This document shows, piece by piece, positions 8,437 through 18,569 of a stretch of DNA of 64,000 nt. Both the position numbers and the translations under genes were made by a program. Source of the stretch: Chitinophaga pinensis (GTDB lineage Bacteria > Bacteroidota > Bacteroidia > NS11-12g > UBA955); assembly GCA_945890895.1 (NCBI GenBank), contig CAMDDG010000009.1:306-64305 (forward strand), given 5' to 3'. The stretch's first letter is position 1. Every line of letters starts with the position of its first letter. The notes beneath the pieces are model-generated. The model did no database searches, was not told the origin of the DNA, and worked only from the letters and a program-made list of their open reading frames with translations.

Positions 8437-8736
8437 TTAAAGACGCTCGTTAAGAGTTTTGCTGTCTTTAACCTGTTGAGCGAACTCTTTAGCAGGTTTA
8501 AAACGAGCAACATAATGGGCTGGAACAACCAATGAAGTATTACGCTTGATATTACGCGCTACTTTGGTCTTTCTTTCTTTAAGTTCGAAAGTTCCGAAAC
8601 CTCTTAGATAGATGTTGTTTCCAGTTACCATGGAATTTTTTACAACAACAAAAAAGTTGTCGATAGTGTCCGCAATTGCAGCCTTCTCAAGACCTGTGCG
8701 CACAGCAATTTCGTTTACGATTTCTGACTTTGTCAT
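8437..8736 (-). CDS. hup: HU-family DNA-binding protein
   Basis: 99 aa. MTKSEIVNEIAVRTGLEKAAIADTIDNFFVVVKNSM..LRGFGTFELKERKTKVARNIKRNTSLVVPAHYVARFKPAKEF is a typical HU/IHF signature. Confidence 0.9.
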   Translation of the reverse strand: MTKSEIVNEIAVRTGLEKAAIADTIDNFFVVVKNSMVTGNNIYLRGFGTFELKERKTKVARNIKRNTSLVVPAHYVARFKPAKEFAQQVKDSKTLNERL

Positions 8737-8785
8737 GATTCAAAGTGCAAAAAAAGTAAATAAAGCCGTTTTTTGCACTATTAAT

Positions 8786-9913
8786 ATGCAAAGAGTTATC
8801 CCAAAGTTATTGACGTGGTATGCAGAAAATTATAGAAAATTGCCTTGGCGTGAAACAAAAAATCCGTACTTTATATGGATTTCAGAGATTATTTTACAGC
8901 AAACTCGCGTGGATCAAGGGATGCAGTACTATTTTGACTTTATCGATAAGTACCCTAAAATTAACGACTTAGCTTCGGCTCCCGAAGATGATGTGTTGAA
9001 AACTTGGCAAGGTTTGGGCTATTATGCCCGGGCCAGAAACCTGCATAAAGCCGCAAAATGGGTCTGTGATGTCCACAACGGACAGTTTCCTACTGCGTTT
9101 GAATCGATATTGGAACTCCCTGGAGTGGGAGATTACACGGCTTCGGCCATCGCTTCATTCGCATTCAATTTACCCCATGCCGCAGTTGATGGGAATGTAA
9201 AGCGTGTGAGTTCTCGTTTTTGGGGGATGGAATTGCCCATCGATTCGAATGCCTTTTTAAAACAATCAAAAGCGCTGCTGTCCGAAGTCATTCCCACCGA
9301 TCAACCCGGAAATTTTAATCAAGCTATGATTGAACTTGGAGCAACAGTGTGTAAACCTACACAGCCGGATTGTGAAAATTGTCCGCTGCAATCCGAGTGT
9401 GCCGCGTTTCTTCAAAAGAAGACCCATTTACTGCCCATTTCAGCAACCAAAACGAAAGTGAAGAACCTGCGTTTGGATTATTTTTTCTTTGATAAGCAGG
9501 GAGATAGCTTATTGTATCAACGCCCAAGTCAAGGCATTTGGGGAGGTTTGTTCGAATTTCCTGTTTTACAAGGTTTAGATGGTCTTTCGTCTAATGATAA
9601 AGCAATGGTTTATTCAAAACTTGAACAATTATTTCGAGATCGTAATTATACTTGGACATGTCAAGAATTTGAGCATAAATTGAGTCATCGACTTATTTCT
9701 GCTGTGTTTTGGCATGTGAAATTGCCTGTATCTGATTCATTAAGTGTGTTAGAAAATTACCAAGATTTTTTTGAAGGCATTACGTTGATTTTGAATTTAC
9801 TGAATATTCATGAGGCAGGACTAACATCCCCCGAAAAATTAAAAATTACCAACATTCATGAAATAAATCAATTTCCATTGCATAAGTTATTGTTGAAATT
9901 CGTTAATTCGTAG
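8786..9913 (+). CDS. mutY: A/G-specific adenine DNA glycosylase
   Basis: LLTWYAENYRKLPWRETKNPYFIWISEIILQQTRV matches the HhH-GPD region. CKPTQPDCENCPLQSEC is the 4Fe-4S cluster loop, and the C-terminal domain is NUDIX-like. The start at ATG 8786 avoids overlap with the HU gene. Confidence 0.9.
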   Translation: MQRVIPKLLTWYAENYRKLPWRETKNPYFIWISEIILQQTRVDQGMQYYFDFIDKYPKINDLASAPEDDVLKTWQGLGYYARARNLHKAAKWVCDVHNGQFPTAFESILELPGVGDYTASAIASFAFNLPHAAVDGNVKRVSSRFWGMELPIDSNAFLKQSKALLSEVIPTDQPGNFNQAMIELGATVCKPTQPDCENCPLQSECAAFLQKKTHLLPISATKTKVKNLRLDYFFFDKQGDSLLYQRPSQGIWGGLFEFPVLQGLDGLSSNDKAMVYSKLEQLFRDRNYTWTCQEFEHKLSHRLISAVFWHVKLPVSDSLSVLENYQDFFEGITLILNLLNIHEAGLTSPEKLKITNIHEINQFPLHKLLLKFVNS

Positions 9914-9955
9914 TACGCTTGGTTTCACCCGAGCATTCCATCTTAATATTTTTAT

Positions 9956-10366
9956 ATGATCAACAAAGTAATTCTTTTGGGTCGTTTGGGGAAAGATCCC
10001 GTAATTCGGAAACTTGATAACGGTAGAATTGTGGCGAATGTGTCGCTTGCCACCAGCGAATCATACACCAAAGACGGGCAGCGAATGGAGAGTACGGAGT
10101 GGCACAATTTGGAAATGTGGGATCAACAAGCTTTGAATGCTGAAAAATATTTCAGAAAAGGCAATATTTTGTACGTGGAAGGTAAAATACGAACCGATAA
10201 ATACATGGATCCCGATGGACAAGAGCGGCAGTTGAGAAAGATTCGAGTAATCAGCTACCAAATGATGGATAGCTTTTTAACAGCTCGAAGTCACTCCGAT
10301 GACAAAATGGGTTCTCACGACCACCCCAGTCATTCGGGAGATATGCGTTCGGGGGACGAAGAATAA
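9956..10366 (+). CDS. ssb: single-stranded DNA-binding protein
   Basis: The OB fold is MINKVILLGRLGKDPVIRKL..TEWHNLEMW..ILYVEGKIRTDKY. The C-terminal tail ends in GDEE rather than the usual D-D-(I/L)-P-F tip. Confidence 0.85.
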   Translation: MINKVILLGRLGKDPVIRKLDNGRIVANVSLATSESYTKDGQRMESTEWHNLEMWDQQALNAEKYFRKGNILYVEGKIRTDKYMDPDGQERQLRKIRVISYQMMDSFLTARSHSDDKMGSHDHPSHSGDMRSGDEE

Positions 10367-10376
10367 GAATTGATTT

Positions 10377-11741
10377 ATGGATATATCTGAACTGAGTAGT
10401 TTTTCTACTTCTATACTGGGGATTTTTCTTCCCTTAGGTCCTCAAGAAGGATTACAAATTTTAATTATTGGATTAATTATGCTGTGCTGTTTGATTGTAT
10501 CAGCGTTATGTTCATCAGCGGAGAATGCATTTTTTTCGCATAAAGATTCGGATTTGGAAGAATTATCGGATTCGGGTGAACCGGTGCATAAAGCTATTTT
10601 AACCTTGTTAGCGAATCCAAAGAAGCTGTTGGCAACCATATTGTTGGTGAATTCGTTGGCAAATATTGCATTCGTAATCACTTCCTTGTTTTTTTACGAT
10701 TTGATCTTGAATAGCGCGGAGTATCCGGTGGTTAAGTTTTTGATAGATACCATTTTCGTTACTTTGATCATATTGATTTTTGGGGAAGTTGTACCCAAGG
10801 TCTATGCCACCCGCAATTACCGCCGCACAGCTGAGTTCTTGGTACACCCCATGCGATTCTTTGTGTGGTTGGTTGGTCCATTTGCTAATCTTTTAGAGAA
10901 ACTGGGTTATCTATTGGAGAAGAATGCCAAATCAACAGGCCCCACTATTACAACCGAAGAAATTTCGCAAGCCATTGATTTGACTACCGATGAAGACGAT
11001 GCGGCTCAAGAAAAAGAAATCTTAAAAGGGATTGTGAATATGGCTAATATTCAGGTAAAGCAGATTATGTGTTCGCGCTTGGATATGTCGGCAATTTCTT
11101 CTGAGATGGATTTTCATGCGGTGTTGAAATTTGTGCGGGAAAATGGATATTCAAGAATGCCGGTGTACAAAGAGACACCCGATGAAATTTTGGGTATCCT
11201 CAATGTGAAATCACTGCTTCCTTTTTTGGATGAAGGTTCTGAATTCAATTGGCAATCATTGATTTATCCGCCGTATTACGTCCCCGAAAATAAACCCATC
11301 GATGATTTATTGAATGAGTTGCAACAAAAGCGACTTCACATGGTTATTGTGGTGGATGAATTTGGTGGAACTTCCGGATTGGTAACATTGGAGGATTTAC
11401 TTGAAGAAGTATTTGGCGAATTAAACGATGAGTTTGACGAAATTTCTCCAGAATATCAAAAATTTGGTGAAAATACCTATGTTTTTGATGGTAAAACGCT
11501 CGTTATTGACTTTTTGAGAGAGATGGATTTACCTGTAGATTATTTTACAGATAAAGATTACAGTGCAGATTCCTTGGCGGGATTGATTACCGAAGAAATT
11601 GGTCGCATCCCCAAAAGAGGTGAAAGTGCCGAAATCAACGGTTTGAAATTTCGGGTGGAAGCAGCCGATTTAAAAAAAGTAAAGAAAGTACGTGTGATTT
11701 TGCCTGAAAATAAGGATGAAATGACATCGGAAGAGAACTAA
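10377..11741 (+). CDS. gldE: gliding motility protein GldE (CNNM/DUF21 TM domain + CBS pair + CorC_HlyC)
   Basis: 454 aa with four N-terminal TM helices, a CBS pair region and a C-terminal CorC/HlyC domain. The ssb-gldE-gldD synteny is known from Flavobacterium johnsoniae. Confidence 0.8.
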   Translation: MDISELSSFSTSILGIFLPLGPQEGLQILIIGLIMLCCLIVSALCSSAENAFFSHKDSDLEELSDSGEPVHKAILTLLANPKKLLATILLVNSLANIAFVITSLFFYDLILNSAEYPVVKFLIDTIFVTLIILIFGEVVPKVYATRNYRRTAEFLVHPMRFFVWLVGPFANLLEKLGYLLEKNAKSTGPTITTEEISQAIDLTTDEDDAAQEKEILKGIVNMANIQVKQIMCSRLDMSAISSEMDFHAVLKFVRENGYSRMPVYKETPDEILGILNVKSLLPFLDEGSEFNWQSLIYPPYYVPENKPIDDLLNELQQKRLHMVIVVDEFGGTSGLVTLEDLLEEVFGELNDEFDEISPEYQKFGENTYVFDGKTLVIDFLREMDLPVDYFTDKDYSADSLAGLITEEIGRIPKRGESAEINGLKFRVEAADLKKVKKVRVILPENKDEMTSEEN

Positions 11742-11757
11742 TTATTGATAACCAACT

Positions 11758-12345
11758 ATGATGAATCGATTAAATAGGATATTGGGAATTTTCGTGTTGT
11801 GGGGGATGGTTTCTTGCGGTGGCGACGATAATTACGTTCCCAAACCGCATGCATTTCCGAAAATTGAATTGCCTTCAAAAGTGTATTCAACAGCGAAAAT
11901 TTCAGGTTCTCCATACGAATTTGAAATCCCCCAATACGCAAGGATTTCGGAGGATGCCAGGAACCGTGGAAAGCACTGGTACAACGTAGATTTTCCCCAA
12001 TTGAATGCAACGCTGCACATGACGTATTATCCGTTTTCCAATTGGGCGGATTATGATTCGATGGTGAATGATACCCGGTCTTTGGTGAATAAGCACTTGC
12101 AAAAAGCCGAAGATATCATCGAAGATCCGGTGGAAATGTACAATCCCCAATTGCACGGTGTGATATTTCACATTGAAGGAAATACAGCCAGCAACTTGAA
12201 TTTTTATGTAACAGATAGCGCTCGACATTTTTTGCGTGGTGCCTTGTATTTCAATGTTCAAACCGAGCCAGATTCAATAATGCCGGTGTTTAAATTTCTG
12301 GAAAAAGATGTTCAGCATGTGCTGAAAACCTTGAAATGGAAGTAA
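11758..12345 (+). CDS. gldD: gliding motility lipoprotein GldD
   Basis: 195 aa with lipoprotein signal ILGIFVLWGMVSCGG followed by YVPKPHAFPKIELP. It sits immediately downstream of gldE. Confidence 0.75.
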   Translation: MMNRLNRILGIFVLWGMVSCGGDDNYVPKPHAFPKIELPSKVYSTAKISGSPYEFEIPQYARISEDARNRGKHWYNVDFPQLNATLHMTYYPFSNWADYDSMVNDTRSLVNKHLQKAEDIIEDPVEMYNPQLHGVIFHIEGNTASNLNFYVTDSARHFLRGALYFNVQTEPDSIMPVFKFLEKDVQHVLKTLKWK

Positions 12346-12461
12346 AAGAATGTGGTGGTTGAGCAATATCGAATGGAATAAGTTTACGTTGATTTTAGGT
12401 GGGGTTAAAAGCAAATTGGTTGAATTGAACGAAGGTGTAATTAGGTGTAATTATAGTTTAG

Positions 12462-14621
12462 ATGATAACAAAAATGAGTAAGTGGATTTTAGTTTTAGTG
12501 GGTATGATCGGCGCGAATGGACTTTGGGCTCAATCCAAACCCAAGTGTATGAAGTTGCAAGAACAGGCTTATATGGAGTATGAGTCGGCTGAGTTTGATA
12601 AAAGTATTAAAACCATTGCAAAAGCCATTAAATGCGATCCTACTTATGCATCCAATTATGCGCTGCAAGCCAATTTGTATGAAACCACGGGCGATACTGC
12701 AGCGGCAATAAAAGCGCATAAAAATTGCTTGAAGTACGATTCGTTGTATCAAGCAAGTTACTATTATTATGCTGCGTATTTGTTTCGTTTGAAGCGATTT
12801 AATGAGGCGTTGGAGGTCATCAATGGATTTTATAACGTTCCCAAAATGGTGGGATACAAACCCAAACAAAATGGAGCCAGTGCGGCATTAAACGACAAAG
12901 TAGGAAGATTGAAAGCCAGTGTTGAAATGGCAGCCAAGGAAGTTTTGGATTTAGCCGTAATGAAAATACAAAACATGGGACCTTCCATCAACTCCAAGTA
13001 CAATGAATACTGGCCCGGAATGCCCATCAATGCCAATATGTTTGTGTTTACTCGATTGGTTGAAGGTGAAAACCGTGGAAGTATGCAGGAAGATTTTTTC
13101 ATGTCGGTAAAAGTTCCTGTAGCCGATTCAGGAGTGAAAGCTCAAAACGGTGCAAATTCAACAGTGAATCCCAATCAAACTTTACAAACACAAGTTAATG
13201 CAACGGAATCCCAAAAGGGATCATCTGGCCAAATGAATTCCGCTGAATCTAGAGCAGGAAGTACATCCTCCGAATCAGTTAAAACAACTGCAATACCGCG
13301 ATACACTTGGAGCAAAGCCAAAAGAGCCCCTGGAAAAATCAATACTTGGGAAAACGAAGGAACAACATCCGTGTATATGGGGCCTTCCTTGAACGAAGAA
13401 TTGTACTTCACCGTTTGTAATCAAGGTGGATTTGGTAGTTGCGATTTATTCGTTTCCAAAATTATCCAATCCGCGGCTACCGGTGCTGCATTGGAAATAC
13501 AGAATAATAACTTGAAATTGTGGGGACCGCGTTCCAACGTAGGAGAGGCAGTGAATTCAGCATCTTGGGATGCGCAGCCTTCGGTGAGTGGCGATGGTCA
13601 AATGTTGATTTTTGCCAGTTCTCGTCCCGGTGGATTCGGTGGGAAGGATTTATGGGTTTCTCGAAAAGTGAGAGGCCGGTGGACATCCCCAAAAAACCTA
13701 GGACCCAAAATTAATACATCTTCCGATGAGGAAGCTCCATTCATCCATTACGACGGAAGGACTTTGTATTTCTCCAGTAATGGGCACCCAGGATATGGTG
13801 GTCACGATTTGTTCATCACACGTTTGGATGATCAGGAACAATGGTCAAAACCTACCAATTTGGGTGTGGGTGTAAATACCGAATCCGACGATGTAGGTTT
13901 TTATGTGGATGCGTTGGCGGAGAAGGCCTATTTTGCGAGTGCTCGTCCCGGCGGATTTGGCGGTTTGGATATTTATGAAATGTATTTGCCCGAAAAGTTC
14001 AAGCCCGCTCCGGTTAGTTATCTTCGGGGGATGGTGTTGGATGCTGAAAATAAATCACCGTTGGTAGCGAGAGTTCGTTTGGTCGATTTAACTACGCAAA
14101 AAACCATTTTTGAGGACAGTATTCAGCAATTTTTGATACCGATTATACCGGGTAAAAACTATGCGCTGCATTCCAGTCGTTCGGGATATTTATTCGATTC
14201 GCGCAATTTTCAACCGACTCAAACGGAACTAAACAATCCATTTGAAGTAACTGCTTTATTGAGTCCTTTGAAAGTGGATCAGATTATAACACTGAACAAT
14301 ATTTTCTTTGACATCGACAAGTTTGATTTGAAGGTGGAGAGTGAAGTAGAGTTGAAAACCATGTTGTGGTTAATGAATTCAAATCCGAAGATGAAGTTAG
14401 AAATATCGGGTCATACAGATAACACGGGATCTGAGGTTCACAACAAGGAATTATCTCAAAATCGAGCATTGGCAGTTAAAAACTATTTGATCAATGCTGG
14501 GATTAAGTCGGATCGCATAGTTTCGAAGGGATACGGTTCCAGCAAACCGGCTGCGAGCAACGATTCGGAGGAAGGCCGGGCTAAAAACCGCCGCATCGAA
14601 GCGCGCATTTTAGAGAATTGA
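12462..14621 (+). CDS. OmpA-family protein with TPR, PD40 (TolB-like) repeats and a C-terminal OmpA peptidoglycan-binding domain
   Basis: It has three PD40-like repeats (FASSRPGGFGGKDLWVS, YFSSNGHPGYGGHDLFIT, YFASARPGGFGGLDIYEM). The OmpA_C signature is ISGHTDNTGSEVHNKELSQNRALAVKNYL..NRRIE. There is an S/Q/N-rich low-complexity linker. Confidence 0.85.
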   Translation: MITKMSKWILVLVGMIGANGLWAQSKPKCMKLQEQAYMEYESAEFDKSIKTIAKAIKCDPTYASNYALQANLYETTGDTAAAIKAHKNCLKYDSLYQASYYYYAAYLFRLKRFNEALEVINGFYNVPKMVGYKPKQNGASAALNDKVGRLKASVEMAAKEVLDLAVMKIQNMGPSINSKYNEYWPGMPINANMFVFTRLVEGENRGSMQEDFFMSVKVPVADSGVKAQNGANSTVNPNQTLQTQVNATESQKGSSGQMNSAESRAGSTSSESVKTTAIPRYTWSKAKRAPGKINTWENEGTTSVYMGPSLNEELYFTVCNQGGFGSCDLFVSKIIQSAATGAALEIQNNNLKLWGPRSNVGEAVNSASWDAQPSVSGDGQMLIFASSRPGGFGGKDLWVSRKVRGRWTSPKNLGPKINTSSDEEAPFIHYDGRTLYFSSNGHPGYGGHDLFITRLDDQEQWSKPTNLGVGVNTESDDVGFYVDALAEKAYFASARPGGFGGLDIYEMYLPEKFKPAPVSYLRGMVLDAENKSPLVARVRLVDLTTQKTIFEDSIQQFLIPIIPGKNYALHSSRSGYLFDSRNFQPTQTELNNPFEVTALLSPLKVDQIITLNNIFFDIDKFDLKVESEVELKTMLWLMNSNPKMKLEISGHTDNTGSEVHNKELSQNRALAVKNYLINAGIKSDRIVSKGYGSSKPAASNDSEEGRAKNRRIEARILEN

Positions 14622-14702
14622 TGGAGGCCAGAACTATCCATTGTAAAAAGCTTACATCAAAAAAAAATTAAAATTGTCGATTTAGATTTACGTCAAACCA
14701 GT

Positions 14703-15617
14703 TCACTCCGGCAATTTCGGCTCACCAGCAAGAATCCATGCGGTGTAAATGCAGTTAGCAACGGATTTGCTTGCCTGAATGTAACGGGTCTCTACAGCGC
14801 CTTGTTGGGTTGAGTGATATGTGGAAATGAACATGCTGCTATATTGCTGCTTCATTTGATTTTTATCTAGCTTTAACTCCAAAATTTGTGATTCAGGGAT
14901 TCGTTGTTTCGCTTCCTTTTCCCCGGATAAAACCAAAGGCAATAACTCATGGCTATCGTGAATCATGTTCCAAATAGAGGGCATGAGTGGGTTTAAAAAT
15001 TCCGGTGTATAATTCAAGACCAACAGGGTGTCCATGAACAGGGTGGGGGTCAATGTTTCCCATAAGCCATGTATGCCTTTTTGGTTCGTCAGTTGCCCAT
15101 CGTAATTTGAAGTTGTATGCAACGGCACGTGCGCGTCTGCTACATAATGTCCCAAGTCAGCACTGATCTTTAAAATGGCATTCACATCTCCTTTTATAAA
15201 TGCATTTTTCAATGCATGTATATTGAAAAATATATTCCAAGGTAAGTTTCCATAAGTGGTCAAGTGGGTTTTACCGTACTTTAAAACAGCGGAATCATAG
15301 GTCCAAGGAATCGTGTCGATGGGTAATGTAAACTCATAATAATCTTCCAAGTCAATGTAATGGCGCACCGCTTCGTTGGTGTCTGTGTATCTGCGTTTGT
15401 CGGGATCAACAGCGTGTTCTGTTATATACTCAATATGTTTTTTATAGAAACCAAACAGCGGTTTGGGCAATAACAAGCATGCTGTGCGATTGATGCGTTT
15501 ATGCGGCTCAAATCCCCAACTGTAGCCATATTCAGGTGTTAAGATGGTGAATACAAGTAAAATGCACACCATAAGGGGTGATTTCCTAAATAGGTATTGG
15601 GTCTTTGATTTTTTCAT
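14703..15617 (-). CDS. zinc-dependent phospholipase C / S1-P1 nuclease superfamily protein
   Basis: 304 aa with a signal peptide. Motifs are WGFEPHKRI, HAVDPDKRRY and HYVADAHVPLHTTSNYDG, which are His/Asp metal-ligand patterns of this fold. Confidence 0.55.
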   Translation of the reverse strand: MKKSKTQYLFRKSPLMVCILLVFTILTPEYGYSWGFEPHKRINRTACLLLPKPLFGFYKKHIEYITEHAVDPDKRRYTDTNEAVRHYIDLEDYYEFTLPIDTIPWTYDSAVLKYGKTHLTTYGNLPWNIFFNIHALKNAFIKGDVNAILKISADLGHYVADAHVPLHTTSNYDGQLTNQKGIHGLWETLTPTLFMDTLLVLNYTPEFLNPLMPSIWNMIHDSHELLPLVLSGEKEAKQRIPESQILELKLDKNQMKQQYSSMFISTYHSTQQGAVETRYIQASKSVANCIYTAWILAGEPKLPE

Positions 15618-15719
15618 TTCAATTTTAAAACAACCATGAAAAGAATGTGAAAATGGTGTTTCGGATTTTAGTTATAGGTTATAATTCGAATTCAACTTTC
15701 ATAGGCTCTGATTCAATAA

Positions 15720-16451
15720 TTACACATCCATCGATAACTTGGATAAATACATTTGAATGGTGTTTTGAAGTCCGTGATACAAGGCATCGCATACCAATGC
15801 ATGTCCAATTGATACTTCCAATAAATTAGGGAGCGATTCCGATAAAAAATGCAAATTATTCAAGTCTAAATCGTGGCCCGCATTCAATCCAATTTGATGC
15901 AATTCTGCTTCTAAAGCCGTTTCAATGAATGGTTTAATGGCCAAATCTCGGTTGGATGCATAACCCTGAGCGTAGGATTCTGTATAAAGTTCAATACGGT
16001 CTGCTCCCGCTTGTTTTGCAAATTTTACCAAACGTGGATCGGCTTCCAAAAATACACTAACCCGTTGCGCACTCTGCTTTAAATCCGCTATAATTTCTGT
16101 TAAAAAGCTCAAGTGCTTTTCGGTATCCCAACCAGCATTCGAAGTCAATACATTCGGAGGATCGGGAACTAATGTAACCTGTTCCGGTTTAATATCGTGT
16201 ATCATTTTAATGAAATCAGGCGATGGGTAACCTTCAATATTGAATTCAGTGGTAACTACCGATTTCAAATCGTAAACGTCTTGATATCGGATGTGACGTT
16301 CATCAGGACGTGGATGCACCGTGATTCCTTCAGCACCCCAGCGTTCACAATCTTTAGCTACTTGAATTAAATCGGGATTGTTGCCACCGCGAGCATTTCG
16401 AATGGTAGCAAATTTGTTTACATTAACGCTGAGTTTGGTATGTCTTTTCAT
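15720..16451 (-). CDS. pdxJ: pyridoxine 5'-phosphate synthase
   Basis: 243 aa. LSVNVNKFATIRNARGGNNPDLIQVA..GITVHPRPDERHI is the typical PdxJ N-terminus. Confidence 0.9.
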   Translation of the reverse strand: MKRHTKLSVNVNKFATIRNARGGNNPDLIQVAKDCERWGAEGITVHPRPDERHIRYQDVYDLKSVVTTEFNIEGYPSPDFIKMIHDIKPEQVTLVPDPPNVLTSNAGWDTEKHLSFLTEIIADLKQSAQRVSVFLEADPRLVKFAKQAGADRIELYTESYAQGYASNRDLAIKPFIETALEAELHQIGLNAGHDLDLNNLHFLSESLPNLLEVSIGHALVCDALYHGLQNTIQMYLSKLSMDV

Positions 16452-18454
16452 TGGATAATCAGTTGAACAAAAATACGGGGGAATTGTTGGCTATTCAGGG
16501 GTTCGACGATCTTTTTTTTCATCCAATCGTACTGTATCAAAACGTGGAAGTGTCGATCTAATTTTGCTTTTATACGAGCCGAAATGAATCGCCCCGATCC
16601 TGAAAACACCCGTGATGTCCAGTTTTGAGTAATGGATGGAATGCTGGCATAGTACAATTCATCCTGAGTCTGGAATTGCGAAAATTGCAGGAGAAAATCA
16701 GCCCATGGACTTTTGAATTTCCACACACACGAGCTGTAAAATCGGGGAGTTGATGAGAATGAGTCGCTGCATTGCAATTGGTAGCGAAATTCATGCCAGC
16801 GACTTAAAGCATGCGCCACTCCCCATTTAATTCGATGATTTTGAGGCTCCCAACGGATTTGAGTTGTGGATTTACGTTGGATTTTTCCGTCTAATGCCAT
16901 CCCCCAATACGAAGATTCTTGGGTAGTTTGACGGATTTTCAACAACCAAGTGGAATTCAATTTCCAATCCAATCCTGCGGTTAATATGGCCTTTCCACGG
17001 TTGTAATAGGTATACGGCGATAATTCTATGGAGTAAAAATTCTCCGGCAAATGCTCCCATTTCCAGCCCCACTGAATATCGGAATTCCACAAAAAATAGG
17101 CAGCCAAATATTTTGAAAAATAAGAACCATCCCAAGCCAATGAACCATTCCATTTTCCGCCTAGAAGTTGGGCCGTCGCAGCCCATTCAACGTTGATTTC
17201 GTGATTTTTAAGTTGATTTTGAACTTTTCGGGGGATGGAATGTCGGTACAAACCTATAGATACATTCGAGGAGAATCGTTTGGAGTTGAAACCCAAGCTT
17301 TGAAATGCAACGGATTGAAAAACGGCGTTTTGACGAGAAATTTCGGTAGCTGATACATGGATTCCTCCCCATTGTTGTCGTTCGAAATAGCTCATAGAAT
17401 CTCGAATAACCGCATCCAATTTTCGAAATCCAGCATGAGTAATGCCGTTCAATTGAAAGTGCTGAGTTCGAAAAATTTCGTATTGCATGGCCATCCCCCA
17501 AAACCCAACATCTTCATTGAATCCACCCACTCCTTGGATGCTCTGCAGAGAATATTGCCAACTTTCCATGGCGAACAATCTTCCCACTGGAAAAGGGGCT
17601 GTGCTCACATGTCCTTGGTTTTGCATCAAAACATATTTTCCCAAAATGAATGTTTTTAACGATTGATGGCTTCCGTTTTTTGCCTGATAGCGAAGGTATG
17701 AATTGAATAAATCGCCCCACTTCTCGTTCGGATCATTTTGAATGGCCAAACCCAAGGTGAGACGGGGATTTAAAGTAACTTTTAATTTCAAATACTGGGT
17801 TTGAGGAAGGGTATTTTGATTAATTGAATCTACCCCAAACCCAACAGTTGAATCAGAGGGATTAATTGAATTTCTAGATGGAGGAATCACGGTATTGGGG
17901 ATGAGGTACCTACCTTTATCCAAGGCGCTCCCTGCAATTAGTTGTATTTTAGTTGATGCAGATGGGTTGTTCTCTTTTAGAAACATTTCATGTATTTGTA
18001 CCTGTGATTCAAAATGAAAGTGTTTGGAAATCAACACTATTTTCGCATGAGGTATGCCACATTGCAATAATTCTACAGCAGATATAAAGTTGCCATATCG
18101 AGTTTTATGAGCGCGAATGGTATCGATTTGTTGAATGCTTAAATTCCCCAATCGCATGAGTTGGGCATTTGAACAATGATTAAAAGGAAGAAGTCGATTA
18201 AGAAATCGGCTTTCAATTTTTGAGGACTCCTCTGAATTGTTTATGCCCATCAAGTTTGAAGCAACAACCAAATTTTGTGATTCCAATTCCGACCAGAATT
18301 CCAGCTGCTCGGCAGAAGTATTTTCATTGAATATGACCGATTCGTCGATTTGCGCAAACAGAGTTGGGACAGATAAAAATGCGAGCATGATTGTCACTTG
18401 CAAAATTATTCTCCTATAAAGCCTACCCAACAAAAGCAAACACGGATATATCAT
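16448..18454 (-). CDS. outer-membrane/secreted protein with helix-hairpin-helix-like N-terminal motifs
   Basis: The ATG at 18454 gives MIYPCLLLLGRLYRRIILQVTIMLAFLSVPTLFAQ, a signal-like sequence. ATG 18388 is an alternative start. There are two HhH-like segments (AQLMRLGNLSIQQIDTIRAHKTRYGNF), and the rest is rich in aromatic beta-strand patterns. The 18595 start in the track overlaps the upstream gene. Confidence 0.55.
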   Translation of the reverse strand: MIYPCLLLLGRLYRRIILQVTIMLAFLSVPTLFAQIDESVIFNENTSAEQLEFWSELESQNLVVASNLMGINNSEESSKIESRFLNRLLPFNHCSNAQLMRLGNLSIQQIDTIRAHKTRYGNFISAVELLQCGIPHAKIVLISKHFHFESQVQIHEMFLKENNPSASTKIQLIAGSALDKGRYLIPNTVIPPSRNSINPSDSTVGFGVDSINQNTLPQTQYLKLKVTLNPRLTLGLAIQNDPNEKWGDLFNSYLRYQAKNGSHQSLKTFILGKYVLMQNQGHVSTAPFPVGRLFAMESWQYSLQSIQGVGGFNEDVGFWGMAMQYEIFRTQHFQLNGITHAGFRKLDAVIRDSMSYFERQQWGGIHVSATEISRQNAVFQSVAFQSLGFNSKRFSSNVSIGLYRHSIPRKVQNQLKNHEINVEWAATAQLLGGKWNGSLAWDGSYFSKYLAAYFLWNSDIQWGWKWEHLPENFYSIELSPYTYYNRGKAILTAGLDWKLNSTWLLKIRQTTQESSYWGMALDGKIQRKSTTQIRWEPQNHRIKWGVAHALSRWHEFRYQLQCSDSFSSTPRFYSSCVWKFKSPWADFLLQFSQFQTQDELYYASIPSITQNWTSRVFSGSGRFISARIKAKLDRHFHVLIQYDWMKKKIVEPLNSQQFPRIFVQLIIQ

Positions 18455-18569
18455 CCTACGGAAAAGAATCTCTCCAAAATGGCCCTTTTGAAACAATATT
18501 TTTCGAGAACAAATCCCCTGCGCCAGCATACCTCTAAGCAGCGTCACGCCCCAAGGCAACATACCATTA

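Noticed and set aside
8612-8785. N-terminal extension of mutY overlapping the HU gene on the opposite strand
   Set aside because: The extension is antisense to the conserved HU coding sequence. The conserved MutY sequence begins just after ATG 8786.
12433-12452. Tandem 10-mer aggtgtaatt x2 upstream of the ompA-like gene
   Set aside because: There are only two units, no symmetry, and no second occurrence in the window. It is too little to call a regulatory site.
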